DNA of 64,000 bases, taken from assembly GCA_965203175.1 (NCBI GenBank), contig OZ241867.1, forward strand, positions 5,728,001-5,792,000, written 5' to 3'. The notes under the pieces were generated by a model that did no database searches, had not been told where the DNA came from, and saw only the letters and a list, made by a program, of their open reading frames with translations. The stretch is from Candidatus Latescibacterota bacterium (GTDB lineage: Bacteria; Latescibacterota; UBA2968; UBA8231). Positions 27,779 through 37,362 of the stretch are shown here, one piece after another. The position numbers and the translations under genes were made by a program. Position 1 is the stretch's first letter. The number at the start of each line of letters is the position of its first letter.

Positions 27779-28696
27779 TTACAGACCTTCCCCTATCAGG
27801 CCTTTCACCTGACCCCAAGAAGTAACTTCAACCGCGGTGTCCACGTCTTCTGTCGGCGTCATGAAGACATCGGGGATGCCTCCGGTGTTGGCGAACTGAT
27901 CGCCCATGCTCACATACGCCTGCCACCAGAAACCATTCTCGCAGCATTCCTCAGACAATGGATCGTTGCCGTTGGCGTTGAGGCCCTCGTCGGCATCGTC
28001 GAGGGAAATGCCCATGCCGATGGTCGATTCAGGCGTCAGAATCCATTCCGTGCTGGCGTCGGGCCCGCCGCTGATCGACAGCGGATCGAAGAATAGGAGA
28101 CTGAACTCGTAAAAGTACTCGTTACCCACGTTGGCGTTGACGTTCTGGACGAAATCGCCCGAATGCGTCCACCAGAAATTGAGCGCGTCCTGCTCAAAGT
28201 TGCCCAGCGCTCCATTGTACATCTGCACCCGGGGGAACTGCTCGGACATACTCAAGCAGATCTGATAGGCCGGCTGTAGGTCCTGGTCGTTGGGTGCCGA
28301 GTAGGGACCGCCGCCTTGATTGTCTGGATCGAAGTGAATCTCGCAATTGTCGTCGCGGAAGGTGCAACCGGGGTTTTTGTCCACAATCAGATAATCGTCA
28401 ACCACGTGGACCATGCCGTACACCCGATTCTGCCCTTCGTTCCAGCCGAGCAGAATGTCTATGAAGTGGTCGTCGGCGTCATCTACTCCGCCGGTCAGGA
28501 TGAACATATCGGTACTAGTTATCTCAAAGCTCGGATCCACCCACGCCCAATCATCGCGTTCTCCGTCGATGGTGGGCAGGATGTTGTCGGGAATGCCCAC
28601 GGCAAAATAGAGCGGCACTTCGACTGGATCTTGGGCGAAAGAGGAAGTCGCAACGAGAGGCAACAAAAAGGCAACCAGTAACAGCGAGCGTCGCAT
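27779..28696 (-). CDS. Secreted acidic protein with CBM9/DOMON-like fold hints and C-terminal TAVE..SWGQVK tail (paralog 1)
   Basis: AAGGAG RBS; signal peptide MRRSLLLVAFLLP; PTIDG..DDW, GW...N..Y..V.V.DD, DN.E..FD.DN and YEFS motifs; near-identical to 37363-38274. Confidence 0.8.
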   Translation of the reverse strand: MRRSLLLVAFLLPLVATSSFAQDPVEVPLYFAVGIPDNILPTIDGERDDWAWVDPSFEITSTDMFILTGGVDDADDHFIDILLGWNEGQNRVYGMVHVVDDYLIVDKNPGCTFRDDNCEIHFDPDNQGGGPYSAPNDQDLQPAYQICLSMSEQFPRVQMYNGALGNFEQDALNFWWTHSGDFVQNVNANVGNEYFYEFSLLFFDPLSISGGPDASTEWILTPESTIGMGISLDDADEGLNANGNDPLSEECCENGFWWQAYVSMGDQFANTGGIPDVFMTPTEDVDTAVEVTSWGQVKGLIGEGL

Positions 28697-28850
28697 ATAA
28701 AAGGCTCCTTTTGAAGGGTGAGGCAAGCCCTTGGATGGGACTCGCACAACGGAAAAACTAGTGAGAGCCGCTACCTCCTTTCGAGCTCCTTGCGGAATTG
28801 AAGAATGGTGGCTAAATGGATGCTCTCCTTAAATAATTAAAATCCAACCT

Positions 28851-28879
28851 CATAACAAGCTAATTCTGCTCTTGTTATG
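28851..28879. promoter_or_regulatory. Inverted repeat CATAACAAG-N11-CTTGTTATG (operator or terminator)
   Basis: Perfect 9-bp arms between the 28887 stop and the AT-rich region upstream of 28696. Confidence 0.5.
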
Positions 28880-28886
28880 GGCATGT

Positions 28887-31800
28887 TTATGGTGGAGACC
28901 CAGTCAGTTCCTCGTAGATCGCTAACTGTTGCCGCGCTTCGGCAATTTTCCCCTGCTGCATGTAGAGTGCACCTAGACTGGAGTACGCCTGAGCGTATTT
29001 GGGATCAATCGCAATCGCTTTTTTATACGTTTGGATGGCCCGCTGAGGCAAGTTGATGGCCAGATAGGCATAGCCGAGGTTGTTGTACGCTCGCACATAG
29101 CTCGAATCGGCCTGTAGCAAGGCGCTGAAAACCTGGATGGCTTGGTGTGGACGCTGCTGGCGCAGATAGATATTGCCCAAATTGTTCTGGGCGTCGATAT
29201 GGCTGGGATCGATCTTCAAAACGGCCAGATACGCTTGGCGAGCCGCTTCGTAGCGCCCGATGCGCCCATACACCTTTCCCAGCCCGAAGCACGCTGCGGC
29301 ATCGCTGGGATTGAGCACGATAGCCGTTTTCAAGTCCAGTAATTCCCGGTAGTTATTCTGCAAAAGCTCGAAGTAGTGCAGCACGGCACGGCCCCTATCA
29401 CTTAGACCGGTGCGCAAATAGGCCTGCCCTAAGCTGTAATAGGCTTCTGCGTGATCTGGATCTTCGCGGATGGCCCGCTCGAGGTATTCACTAGCCTGAA
29501 CGGGATTTCTCGCATCGAGCAGCAAGACCCCCAATCGCGCCAGCAGGGCACTCGCGTCGGGATGAGCCGCTAGGGCTTGCTGCAAAAGTTGCTGGGCCTC
29601 TTCCCTCTTCTCCTGGGCCATGTACATCCGCGCGATAAAGTCATAGGCTTGGTGGCGTTGGGGATCCAAGCGGATAACTTGTTGGAATTGCTCCACTGCT
29701 GCCGCATGGCGGCCTTGGACAGAGTAATTCCACCCTAGGCGAAACTTGAGTTCGGCGCTGCCGGGCAGCGCGGCAACGCCCCGCGTCAGGATCTGAATGG
29801 CCGTGCTGTATTCTGTTTGGCGGGCATAGACGCCAGCCAAATTGATGTAGGCCTGCTCGTAGTCGGACCGACGCTCGATAGCCTGCTGGTAGTGCGAGAT
29901 AGCCTGTTGGTACGAGCCTTGGCTGGCGTAAAAATTTCCCAAGTAGTAGTGGGCGATGGCTTCGTCCCCTAGGGCCAGCGCCTGCTGAAGCGCCGCCAGC
30001 GCCTTAGTTCGATCGCCCTGATCGCCGTAGAGTTTTCCTAGTCCGGTATAAGCCTGGGCATGGGAGGAATCGAGGGCGACGACTCTTTGGAAATGAACCT
30101 CTGCCTCCTTATAGCGTCGCAGTCGGTACAGGGCTTCGGCCAAGCGGAAGTGGGCGTCTGGATCTCGGGGTTTGCTGGCGACTGCTTCGGTCAGCACATC
30201 GACTGCATCGCCAGACGCGCGGTCTGCGCCATCGGGCGGGGCAAAGCGACCGGCGTCGATCAAGACGGGTGGGGCTTCCCGCCAGAACCGCTCTAGTTCA
30301 AATGCGGACGGTGCCGAGTGTTGTCCTGCTTGGATCGTTCTTTTGTGGATGCTATCCCCGTGGGGTGTGCGATCTGCGACCGGCTCTGTTGGCTCCAAAA
30401 TATCCAGTAGCTGGTCGGCCTCCACGGCTTTTAATTGCTGGCGGATGCCGGAGGGCCAAGCGATGTCTATCCGGTCGGCCCGGTCGTATGCACCCAGTCC
30501 AAAGAAGAGACGGGGATCGCTCTGCGATAGATAGCTAAAACTGCCGCGGGTTTGCAGCGTTTGTTCGCGGTCTCCCGTCCGCACGGTAACCCGAGAGCCC
30601 AAGCCGTCCCGGTTGCTGCGAGTGCCGACCAAGCGCAGGGCCAGCCAGTGGTTTGCCGACGCCGTATCGTTGCGCAGCAGTACGGCGGATTGGTTGCTGT
30701 TGACTACGAAGAGATCGCCGTCGCCATCGTTGTCGTAATCCGCCGTGGCCGCGCCGCGCCCCACCATGGCTCGCTGAAAAAAAGGACCGGCTTGCTCGGA
30801 GATTTCGGCGAAGCGCCCCTGGCCGTCGTTGAGGAAAAGCTGGTCGCGCTGGCCATGCGAAACCTGGGGGTCGAAAGCGGCGATATTGTCGTCGATGTGG
30901 CCGTTGGCCACGTAGAGATCCGGGTCGCCGTCGCGGTCGAAATCGAAGAAGTTGACCGCGAAAGCCAAGCGGTCGAAGCTGGGTGCCCCCAATCCCGAAG
31001 CGGTGGACCGATCGCGCAATAATCCATCTCCCCTACTTTGGTAGAGGGTATTGCTCTCCCACTGAAAATTGGTCACCACAATCTCTAAGTGGCCATCTCC
31101 GTCTGTATCGGCAATGTCGGTGCCCATGCCCCCTTCGGGCTTGCCCGCTTCGTTGTAGGCCGCGCCGGCCGCCAAGCCGATTTCGCTAAAAGAGCCGTTC
31201 CCTTCGTTGCGGTAGAGAAAATTAGGCGTGGCGTCGTTGGCCTGGAACAGATCGGGATCGCCATCGCCATCCCAGTCGAAAAAGACGACACCCAATTCGC
31301 GTCCTTCGAGGCTGAAAAGCCCCGCTTCTTCGGTGATATCGACGAAGCGACCTTCGCCCTCATTGCGATAGAGAAAGTCGCGCTGACCGGGGTATTCAGT
31401 GGGGGCGTAGTGACGTCTGTCTTTCTTCAGGCGACCGTTTTCATCGAGAGGATCGGTTTCGAACTGGTAGTCGAGATAGTTGGCCACGTAGAGATCCAAG
31501 TCGCCGTCTAAGTCGTAATCGGCGAAAGCCGAGCCTGTGGACCAGCTGCGGTCGCTATCCGGGATGGCCGCAGCCGTCACATCGGTGAAGCGAACGCCTT
31601 CGTTGCGGTAGAGCACGTTGGTGCCAAAATTGGCGACAAAGAGATCAGCATCTCCATCGTTGTCGTAATCACCCGCGCTACAGCCCATGCCGTAACTGGT
31701 ATCGGCGACCCCGGCCACCGTTTCAACGAAGCGTCCGTCTGTTCGGTTGCGGTAGAGCGCGTTGCGGGGCGGCTGGGGCGACACGTGACCGGGCAGGTCG

Positions 31801-32084
31801 GCCCCGTTGACGACGTAGAGATCCATGTGCCCGTCGCCATTGTAATCAAAAAAAGCAGCTCCCGAGCCGAGGGCTTCCACCCCGTATTTCCGACCTGAAA
31901 GACCGCTGGTATGCTTAAAGTGGATACCAGCGGCCGAGGTGACATCGGCGAAGTGGACCACCGGCGACGACCGCTCTTGCAGGCGCAGGGGCGGATCGGC
32001 TACTGGGGAATCAGGCTCTCGTCCGCATCCCCACAGCAGCAGGATGGCGGCCAGTGCCGCAAAGGTAAAAACCTGCCGGTCCAC
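28887..32084 (-). CDS. FG-GAP/ASPIC-UnbV (CRTAC1-like) lipoprotein with C-terminal TPR array
   Basis: Lipobox LWGC; FG-GAP repeats; HYAPTEYPG, NFQWESNTLY; TPRs; closest paralog is 20374-23457. Confidence 0.92.
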   Translation of the reverse strand: MDRQVFTFAALAAILLLWGCGREPDSPVADPPLRLQERSSPVVHFADVTSAAGIHFKHTSGLSGRKYGVEALGSGAAFFDYNGDGHMDLYVVNGADLPGHVSPQPPRNALYRNRTDGRFVETVAGVADTSYGMGCSAGDYDNDGDADLFVANFGTNVLYRNEGVRFTDVTAAAIPDSDRSWSTGSAFADYDLDGDLDLYVANYLDYQFETDPLDENGRLKKDRRHYAPTEYPGQRDFLYRNEGEGRFVDITEEAGLFSLEGRELGVVFFDWDGDGDPDLFQANDATPNFLYRNEGNGSFSEIGLAAGAAYNEAGKPEGGMGTDIADTDGDGHLEIVVTNFQWESNTLYQSRGDGLLRDRSTASGLGAPSFDRLAFAVNFFDFDRDGDPDLYVANGHIDDNIAAFDPQVSHGQRDQLFLNDGQGRFAEISEQAGPFFQRAMVGRGAATADYDNDGDGDLFVVNSNQSAVLLRNDTASANHWLALRLVGTRSNRDGLGSRVTVRTGDREQTLQTRGSFSYLSQSDPRLFFGLGAYDRADRIDIAWPSGIRQQLKAVEADQLLDILEPTEPVADRTPHGDSIHKRTIQAGQHSAPSAFELERFWREAPPVLIDAGRFAPPDGADRASGDAVDVLTEAVASKPRDPDAHFRLAEALYRLRRYKEAEVHFQRVVALDSSHAQAYTGLGKLYGDQGDRTKALAALQQALALGDEAIAHYYLGNFYASQGSYQQAISHYQQAIERRSDYEQAYINLAGVYARQTEYSTAIQILTRGVAALPGSAELKFRLGWNYSVQGRHAAAVEQFQQVIRLDPQRHQAYDFIARMYMAQEKREEAQQLLQQALAAHPDASALLARLGVLLLDARNPVQASEYLERAIREDPDHAEAYYSLGQAYLRTGLSDRGRAVLHYFELLQNNYRELLDLKTAIVLNPSDAAACFGLGKVYGRIGRYEAARQAYLAVLKIDPSHIDAQNNLGNIYLRQQRPHQAIQVFSALLQADSSYVRAYNNLGYAYLAINLPQRAIQTYKKAIAIDPKYAQAYSSLGALYMQQGKIAEARQQLAIYEELTGSPP

Positions 32085-32085
32085 T

Positions 32086-33696
32086 TCAGCGCACGAGGGT
32101 CATCCGCGCGATATAGCGCGTGCCACCCATCTGCGCCGAGACGAGATATACTCCACTGGCAGCCGCGTGCCCGCCCTCGTCGCGCCCATCCCATGTCAGC
32201 TGATAGACGCCGGCTGGCCGGTATCCCCTAAAGAGCTGCCGCACCACCTGCCCCAAGATATTGTACACCTCGACATCGACTTCGCCCGCCTCCGGGAGTG
32301 CCACTGAGATCGAGGTTGAGGCGTTGAAGGGGTTGGGAAAATTGAACACGCGCACGGCCACAGGTCGAGCCGACGGTGCGGGAACCGGGACCACGAGGCC
32401 CGCCTCAGCGGCCAATTCGAGGCCGGCTGGCGGCAACCCGCTGGGTACCCGCGCTGGTACGTGAACCGCTATTGTCGAATCAGTCAGGGCATGCATGAAG
32501 GCCAACAGGTCTTGTTTCTCCTCGTCGATCAGGCCTAGGGGGACTAATTCGGGATCGATATTCTCGGCGGGGATGGAGGCTTCGTCCCCACCGCCGCGGT
32601 CGTAGAACTCGATGACATCCTCCAGTGTCGCCAGAGCGCCGTCGTGCATATAGGGAGCCGTCTGCACAATTTGGCGCAAACCCACCACGCGGAAAGCACC
32701 GATGTCACTGCGGTTGCCCGTATTGAGAAAGCGGCCTTCGTCTTTCCCCGTCGGACGCGGGGTGCCCGTGTTGGTCGTAGCTGACGCTCGGCCCGGCCCG
32801 ATCTGCTCGACTCCTTGGGCGCGAAAGCTCGAATCCGTAAACAGCGGGCCGCTGTGGCAGTTGACGCAGCGCGCCTTAGTGTGAAAGAGCTCAAGGCCGC
32901 GCTTTTGCGCCGACGTCAGGGCCTCGTCGTCGCCGGCCACGTAGCGATCGTACGCGGTGTTGACCGTGTTTTGCTCGCGTTCAAACGCGGCGATGGCCCG
33001 GCCGAAGGTCGAGCGCGTAATGACCGACTGCAAGGGCGTCGGGTCGTGGGCACAACCAAGGCGCGGCAACTGCCGGGCCACAGAGTCGGCTTCGGCCGGA
33101 AAAGCTTGCTCGAAGAGCGCGACATATTCGGGGATCCCCCGCAACCTCGTCAACACACTATCGACGGCCATCTCGCGCTCATAGGCGTCGCCGCGTAACT
33201 CCACGCGCACGATGAGCGGCCGCAGCGCTTGGGCCTCCAAACCGCGGTCCTTGCCGTCCCACAGCATGAAGCCTTTGGTCGAGGGCAGTCCGGACTCGTC
33301 GCCGTTGTACCCGACGTTAAAGAGGGTCATGGTGTGCCGTGGCTCGGTAATCACGGTGTCGCCGGTGACCGCCGAACGCCCCGTCACCCGCTCCGGTCCC
33401 AAGCCCTTGCCCCCAACACCCACCGCGAGTGGTAGCCCATCGGCCATGCCAAAGGTCGGCAGGTGGCAGGTGCCGCAGGCCGTGTCCTTCTCGCCGCTGA
33501 GGATGGGGTCAAAGAACAGCAGGCGTCCCAACTCGACGCGGTCGGGATTGTAGGAGTTGTTCTCGGGATAGGGCACTGGCGGCAGCGGCTGGAGGCCGAA
33601 GCGCTGCCGCAAGTCGTCTTCCTGCCCCGGTGCGCTTGCGGCACTGGCGAACAGAGCCAGCGCAACGACGACTGCTATAGGCCTCTGTTTATTCAT
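32086..33696 (-). CDS. Di-heme cytochrome c peroxidase/MauG-family protein fused to a C-terminal FlgD-Ig (T9SS-CTD-like) domain
   Basis: LGRLLFFDPILS, CGTCH, LWDG, CVNCH, TAPYMHDG; tail NFPNPFNAST...VYNILGQVV...WDGRDEGG...SGVY. Confidence 0.9.
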   Translation of the reverse strand: MNKQRPIAVVVALALFASAASAPGQEDDLRQRFGLQPLPPVPYPENNSYNPDRVELGRLLFFDPILSGEKDTACGTCHLPTFGMADGLPLAVGVGGKGLGPERVTGRSAVTGDTVITEPRHTMTLFNVGYNGDESGLPSTKGFMLWDGKDRGLEAQALRPLIVRVELRGDAYEREMAVDSVLTRLRGIPEYVALFEQAFPAEADSVARQLPRLGCAHDPTPLQSVITRSTFGRAIAAFEREQNTVNTAYDRYVAGDDEALTSAQKRGLELFHTKARCVNCHSGPLFTDSSFRAQGVEQIGPGRASATTNTGTPRPTGKDEGRFLNTGNRSDIGAFRVVGLRQIVQTAPYMHDGALATLEDVIEFYDRGGGDEASIPAENIDPELVPLGLIDEEKQDLLAFMHALTDSTIAVHVPARVPSGLPPAGLELAAEAGLVVPVPAPSARPVAVRVFNFPNPFNASTSISVALPEAGEVDVEVYNILGQVVRQLFRGYRPAGVYQLTWDGRDEGGHAAASGVYLVSAQMGGTRYIARMTLVR

Positions 33697-34600
33697 CGTT
33701 CCCCCCTTTAAGCCAGAGTAGCGAGGAGTTTTTTATCTCGCCCCACGTCTTGCGGCGCTGCACCGTACCCGTGCCCATCTTGGCGCTGGCGGCACAGCGA
33801 AATCCCACGTCCGGGCCTTTGAAGTCCGGGGCATCCCGCGCTCGGTACGAGGGCCGCACATGGCTGGCGTCAACCGCATACGAGCCACCGCGCACGGCCT
33901 TGACCCCAGTGCTGTCCGGCCCCGCGGGATTGACATCTGGGCCAAAGACGTAGTAGCTCGGATGGTACCAGTCGTTGGTCCACTCGAAGACATTGCCCAC
34001 CATGTCGTAGGCCCCAAAGGGACTGGAGCCATCTCGCGTTTGGTAGCCGTCCCTATTGGAACCGTCGAAAAAGCCGACCGGGTTGGTGCTGAGGATGGCC
34101 CCGAAGCCGCGTTCGAACGGATCGTCGCTTTGGAAGTAATTGGCGCGAAAGGCATCGAGGCCGTCGCCCCAAGGATACTTGCGGCCGTCGTCGCAGCGCG
34201 CGGCGCGCTCCCACTCGGCTTCCGTGGGCAGTCGCTTGCCAGCCCACTGGCAGAAGGCCGCAGCGTCGTACCACGTCACCAGCGTAATGGGGTGATTTTG
34301 CCGCGCGGCCGTATTCTGCAGGGTCCACTCCGGTATCATCGCACCCGTGTCGCGCTGGTACTCTCCCCATTGCGCCACCGTGACCTCGTACTTGTCGATC
34401 AGGTACGCGTCGAGGTAAATCTCGCGCACGGGCTGCTCGTCAAAAGCTTCGCCTTCCATGCCCCGGGGGAAAAACCCGGCCGGCACTAGGACCATGACGG
34501 TGGGCCAACCCGTGGGCAGGTTGACGCTCCGCTCGACTTTCTCGTGCTGGGCGCAGACCGGCAGGGCGATCAGCGCGCTGAGGGCAATTCGACCAATCAT
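33689..34600 (-). CDS. Secreted FGE-sulfatase-fold protein with C-terminal TWGEIK tail
   Basis: IDKYEVT, KRLPTEAEWERAAR, YDMVGNVFEW, RGGSY, VGFRCA, then GTVQRRKTWGEIK. Confidence 0.88.
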   Translation of the reverse strand: MIGRIALSALIALPVCAQHEKVERSVNLPTGWPTVMVLVPAGFFPRGMEGEAFDEQPVREIYLDAYLIDKYEVTVAQWGEYQRDTGAMIPEWTLQNTAARQNHPITLVTWYDAAAFCQWAGKRLPTEAEWERAARCDDGRKYPWGDGLDAFRANYFQSDDPFERGFGAILSTNPVGFFDGSNRDGYQTRDGSSPFGAYDMVGNVFEWTNDWYHPSYYVFGPDVNPAGPDSTGVKAVRGGSYAVDASHVRPSYRARDAPDFKGPDVGFRCAASAKMGTGTVQRRKTWGEIKNSSLLWLKGGNDE

Positions 34601-34700
34601 ATTGGCATATTCTCCAGAAAGGACTTAGTTCGGGCTATTTAGAAAGTAAGATACAAATAGAGCAGAAATTCCGCTCCAGCCTGCGGGCAGCCTATTTGCC

Positions 34701-34729
34701 TTGCTCTGCGCCACAGGTATTTTTAACAT
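34701..34729 (+). promoter_or_regulatory. Putative sigma70-type promoter of the large plus-strand cluster
   Basis: TTGCTC-17 nt-TAACAT in the divergent intergenic region. Confidence 0.45.
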
Positions 34730-34792
34730 AGAAATTTAAGTAAGTGATTGGGACATTCCCTCTCTGCGATACGTGCCCGAAGGAAGGTATTT

Positions 34793-37141
34793 ATGAATTT
34801 TCGCATGGCCCTCGTCGCCGTCTTGGTCTTGGGCAGTAGCTATCCGCTAGCAGCCGATCAGATACGCTATGACTCGGCGCGCGACTGGCGGCAATGGGAG
34901 GATCTGCCTTTGGGCGCGGTGGAATTGACGCCGTCGGGCTCGATCCAGCCAACCCGGATTGAAAAGGCGACCGACGCCGTGCGCGATTTGGACAAATTCG
35001 GCGGCGGCATCCGCAACGCGGGATCCAATCTCAACACCACTCGTTTGGCCATTGACGGCAATCCAGCGACCGGCTGGGCACCCGATCCAGAAGCCGGTCC
35101 GGACGAGTGGTTTATCGAGATTGACTTGGGCCGCGCAGTCTCGGCCAAAAGCGTCACTTTGGTATTCGACGCGGAGGCTCCGCCCTTTGAACTTTTCGAC
35201 CTCCTGCTCTCGACCGGCGAGCCGGAAACCGACTTTATCGCCGCACCTATTGAAGGTTCCTTGGTCTATCGCGTCAAAGGGCGTATCAAGGAAAACACCC
35301 ACCATCGGGTGACGTACCAAATAGAACAAATCGACGAAGAGCCAATCCAATTCATCCGCTTTGAGCCACTGCTCCTAGTGCCCGATGCCCGTCTCACCGA
35401 GATCGAAGTCGAGACCATCGGCGACAACATCGCCCTCGGGCTATTGGAACGCGGCGGGTCGGTCGATATCAACATTAATCTCGCTAGCAACGAATCGCAG
35501 CCTCTCGGCAAAGCGAGAGCGCTCTTTGACGGCGACTTGTACGAGCGCTGGCGTGCTGGCACGGCCTCTAGGGGCCTCACCGATATCCTCGCCCACATGG
35601 TTCTCGACTTAGGCGCAGTCTATTGGGTCGATCAAACGCGGATCATCGGCGGCGTGGTCGTGCGCTCCGGCTTTGGTGGTGGCATTACCACTCGCCACTA
35701 CGTTCACCGCCGGCGCTGGGACTTCCGCTTCTACGAGTTTATGACCTCGGACGGCTCGCTTTCGCCCGACGGCACCCGCCTATGGACCAAGCACTTTTCC
35801 GGTGCCTCGCCTGGCAGTCAGACCTCCAAGGGCCTAGTCGATCACAACTTCGACCTGCTGCCGACGCGATTTGTCCGCATCTTCTGGAAGTACTGGGACA
35901 CCAGTTGCTATTCCTTGCAGCGGCTCGGCGAGGTGGGCGGTGCCAGCACGATCCCAGGCTGCGGAGCTGGTGGGACCACCGACGAGATTCAGATTTTCGG
36001 CGAGGGGTTCCCGTCGGAGGTCGATTTCCGCTCCCCTCTGATCGACTTAGGTGCCGGCAAGAACCTCAACTCCGTGGAGTGGAGCGGAGACGAGCCGCCC
36101 GGTACGCGCATTGAGATTCGCACCCGTACCGGCAACGAAATTTTGGAAACCTATAGCTTCTATGACAAAAACGGCAAGGAAGTCTCCGAGAGGAGATACA
36201 ACAAGCTCATTCCCAGCTTCAAAGGCCCGATCGATACCACTCTCGCCGCGGGCGGCGATTGGAGTGCGTGGAGTCGCATTTACAGCTTCTCAGGCGAGGC
36301 TTTTCTCTCGCCCTCGCCGCGCCGCTACCTCGAAATCGACGTGCGCATGACCTCGGATTCTCCGACTGTGGGGGCTTCTCTCGACCACTTGGCCGTCAAT
36401 TTCACCCAACCGCTCGCCGGCCGCGTACTCGGCGAAATTTCTCCTCAGCAGGCCCTACCGGGAGTACTGACGGAGTTTACCTACTACTTGCGGCCCGAAA
36501 ACGCCAGCGGATTCGACCGCCTCGCCGTCGAGTCGGACACACCGGTGCAATTTACGAGCGTCGCGCACAATGGCACCGCGCTCGACGACGCGCAGGTGGA
36601 CACCACCGCGAGCGGCTTCTTAGTCCATCTGCCCAACCACATCCGCACCGACCAACTCATCGAGCTAAAATTTGAATCCTCCGTATTTAGACAATCTACG
36701 CGCTTCGACGTCTTTTTGCAGGACAGCCGCCAAGACGAGAGCGTGCGGCAGCGCGTGGACCCGGGCGACGCCACCGACCAGATTGAAAGTAACACCAACA
36801 TCGTCAGCTTGCCGGTCTCCCAGGAGTTACTCGCCAATATGTCCCTTTTGTCCAAGGCAATTACCCCCAACGGCGATGGGATCAACGACGAACTGACGCT
36901 GGAGATCGCACTGGTCAATGTGCTGACACCGCGCCCTCTGCGATTGCGCCTGTACGACCTCGCCGGCCGGCCGGTGTACGACCGCAGCGAAGACAGCCGC
37001 GCTGGCCAGCGCGAACTCGTCTGGAATGGCCGCGACAGCCGTGGAGATCGCGTGGCCCCAGGCCTGTACGTGCTCGAAGTCCTCGTCGAGGGCGATGCTG
37101 GCGACGAGAAAGCGCAAGCGCTCATTTCCGTAGCCTACTAG
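34793..37141 (+). CDS. Secreted protein type A: discoidin-like domains + FlgD-Ig/CHU_C-like C-terminal domain
   Basis: Start re-set to MNFRMAL; AIDGNPATGW..IEIDLGR; SPLIDLG; RTRTG; DWSAWS; SPSPRRY; ITPNGDGINDEL...YDLAGR...WNGRD...PGLY; ends VAY. Confidence 0.85.
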   Translation: MNFRMALVAVLVLGSSYPLAADQIRYDSARDWRQWEDLPLGAVELTPSGSIQPTRIEKATDAVRDLDKFGGGIRNAGSNLNTTRLAIDGNPATGWAPDPEAGPDEWFIEIDLGRAVSAKSVTLVFDAEAPPFELFDLLLSTGEPETDFIAAPIEGSLVYRVKGRIKENTHHRVTYQIEQIDEEPIQFIRFEPLLLVPDARLTEIEVETIGDNIALGLLERGGSVDININLASNESQPLGKARALFDGDLYERWRAGTASRGLTDILAHMVLDLGAVYWVDQTRIIGGVVVRSGFGGGITTRHYVHRRRWDFRFYEFMTSDGSLSPDGTRLWTKHFSGASPGSQTSKGLVDHNFDLLPTRFVRIFWKYWDTSCYSLQRLGEVGGASTIPGCGAGGTTDEIQIFGEGFPSEVDFRSPLIDLGAGKNLNSVEWSGDEPPGTRIEIRTRTGNEILETYSFYDKNGKEVSERRYNKLIPSFKGPIDTTLAAGGDWSAWSRIYSFSGEAFLSPSPRRYLEIDVRMTSDSPTVGASLDHLAVNFTQPLAGRVLGEISPQQALPGVLTEFTYYLRPENASGFDRLAVESDTPVQFTSVAHNGTALDDAQVDTTASGFLVHLPNHIRTDQLIELKFESSVFRQSTRFDVFLQDSRQDESVRQRVDPGDATDQIESNTNIVSLPVSQELLANMSLLSKAITPNGDGINDELTLEIALVNVLTPRPLRLRLYDLAGRPVYDRSEDSRAGQRELVWNGRDSRGDRVAPGLYVLEVLVEGDAGDEKAQALISVAY

Positions 37142-37154
37142 GAGGATCTGTGGG

Positions 37155-37215
37155 CAAAAAAATCTTGACAGCCAAGTACATATTTATTTGTTTACCCAAC
37201 TATATATTATAAAAT
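37155..37215 (+). promoter_or_regulatory. AT-rich internal promoter region
   Basis: TTGACA at 37165-37170 and TATATATTATAAAAT at 37201-37215; the -35/-10 pairing is ambiguous. Confidence 0.5.
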
Positions 37216-37362
37216 GCCCCGAAAAATCGCCGATGAAAGGAGGTTTGTAGTACCAACCACTGCACTTTTGAGCAACTCCGTAAATTCCGCCCGTTGAAGC
37301 TCTATGGCGGGCCTTTTCTTTTCACTTTTTATGTCCAGCAACTATATGAGGAGGATTTAACA

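Noticed and set aside
37214-37297. 27-aa uORF (MPRKIADERRFVVPTTALLSNSVNSAR) as an attenuator leader peptide
   Set aside because: Its ATG overlaps the likely -10 element, it has no RBS, and it has no run of regulatory codons.
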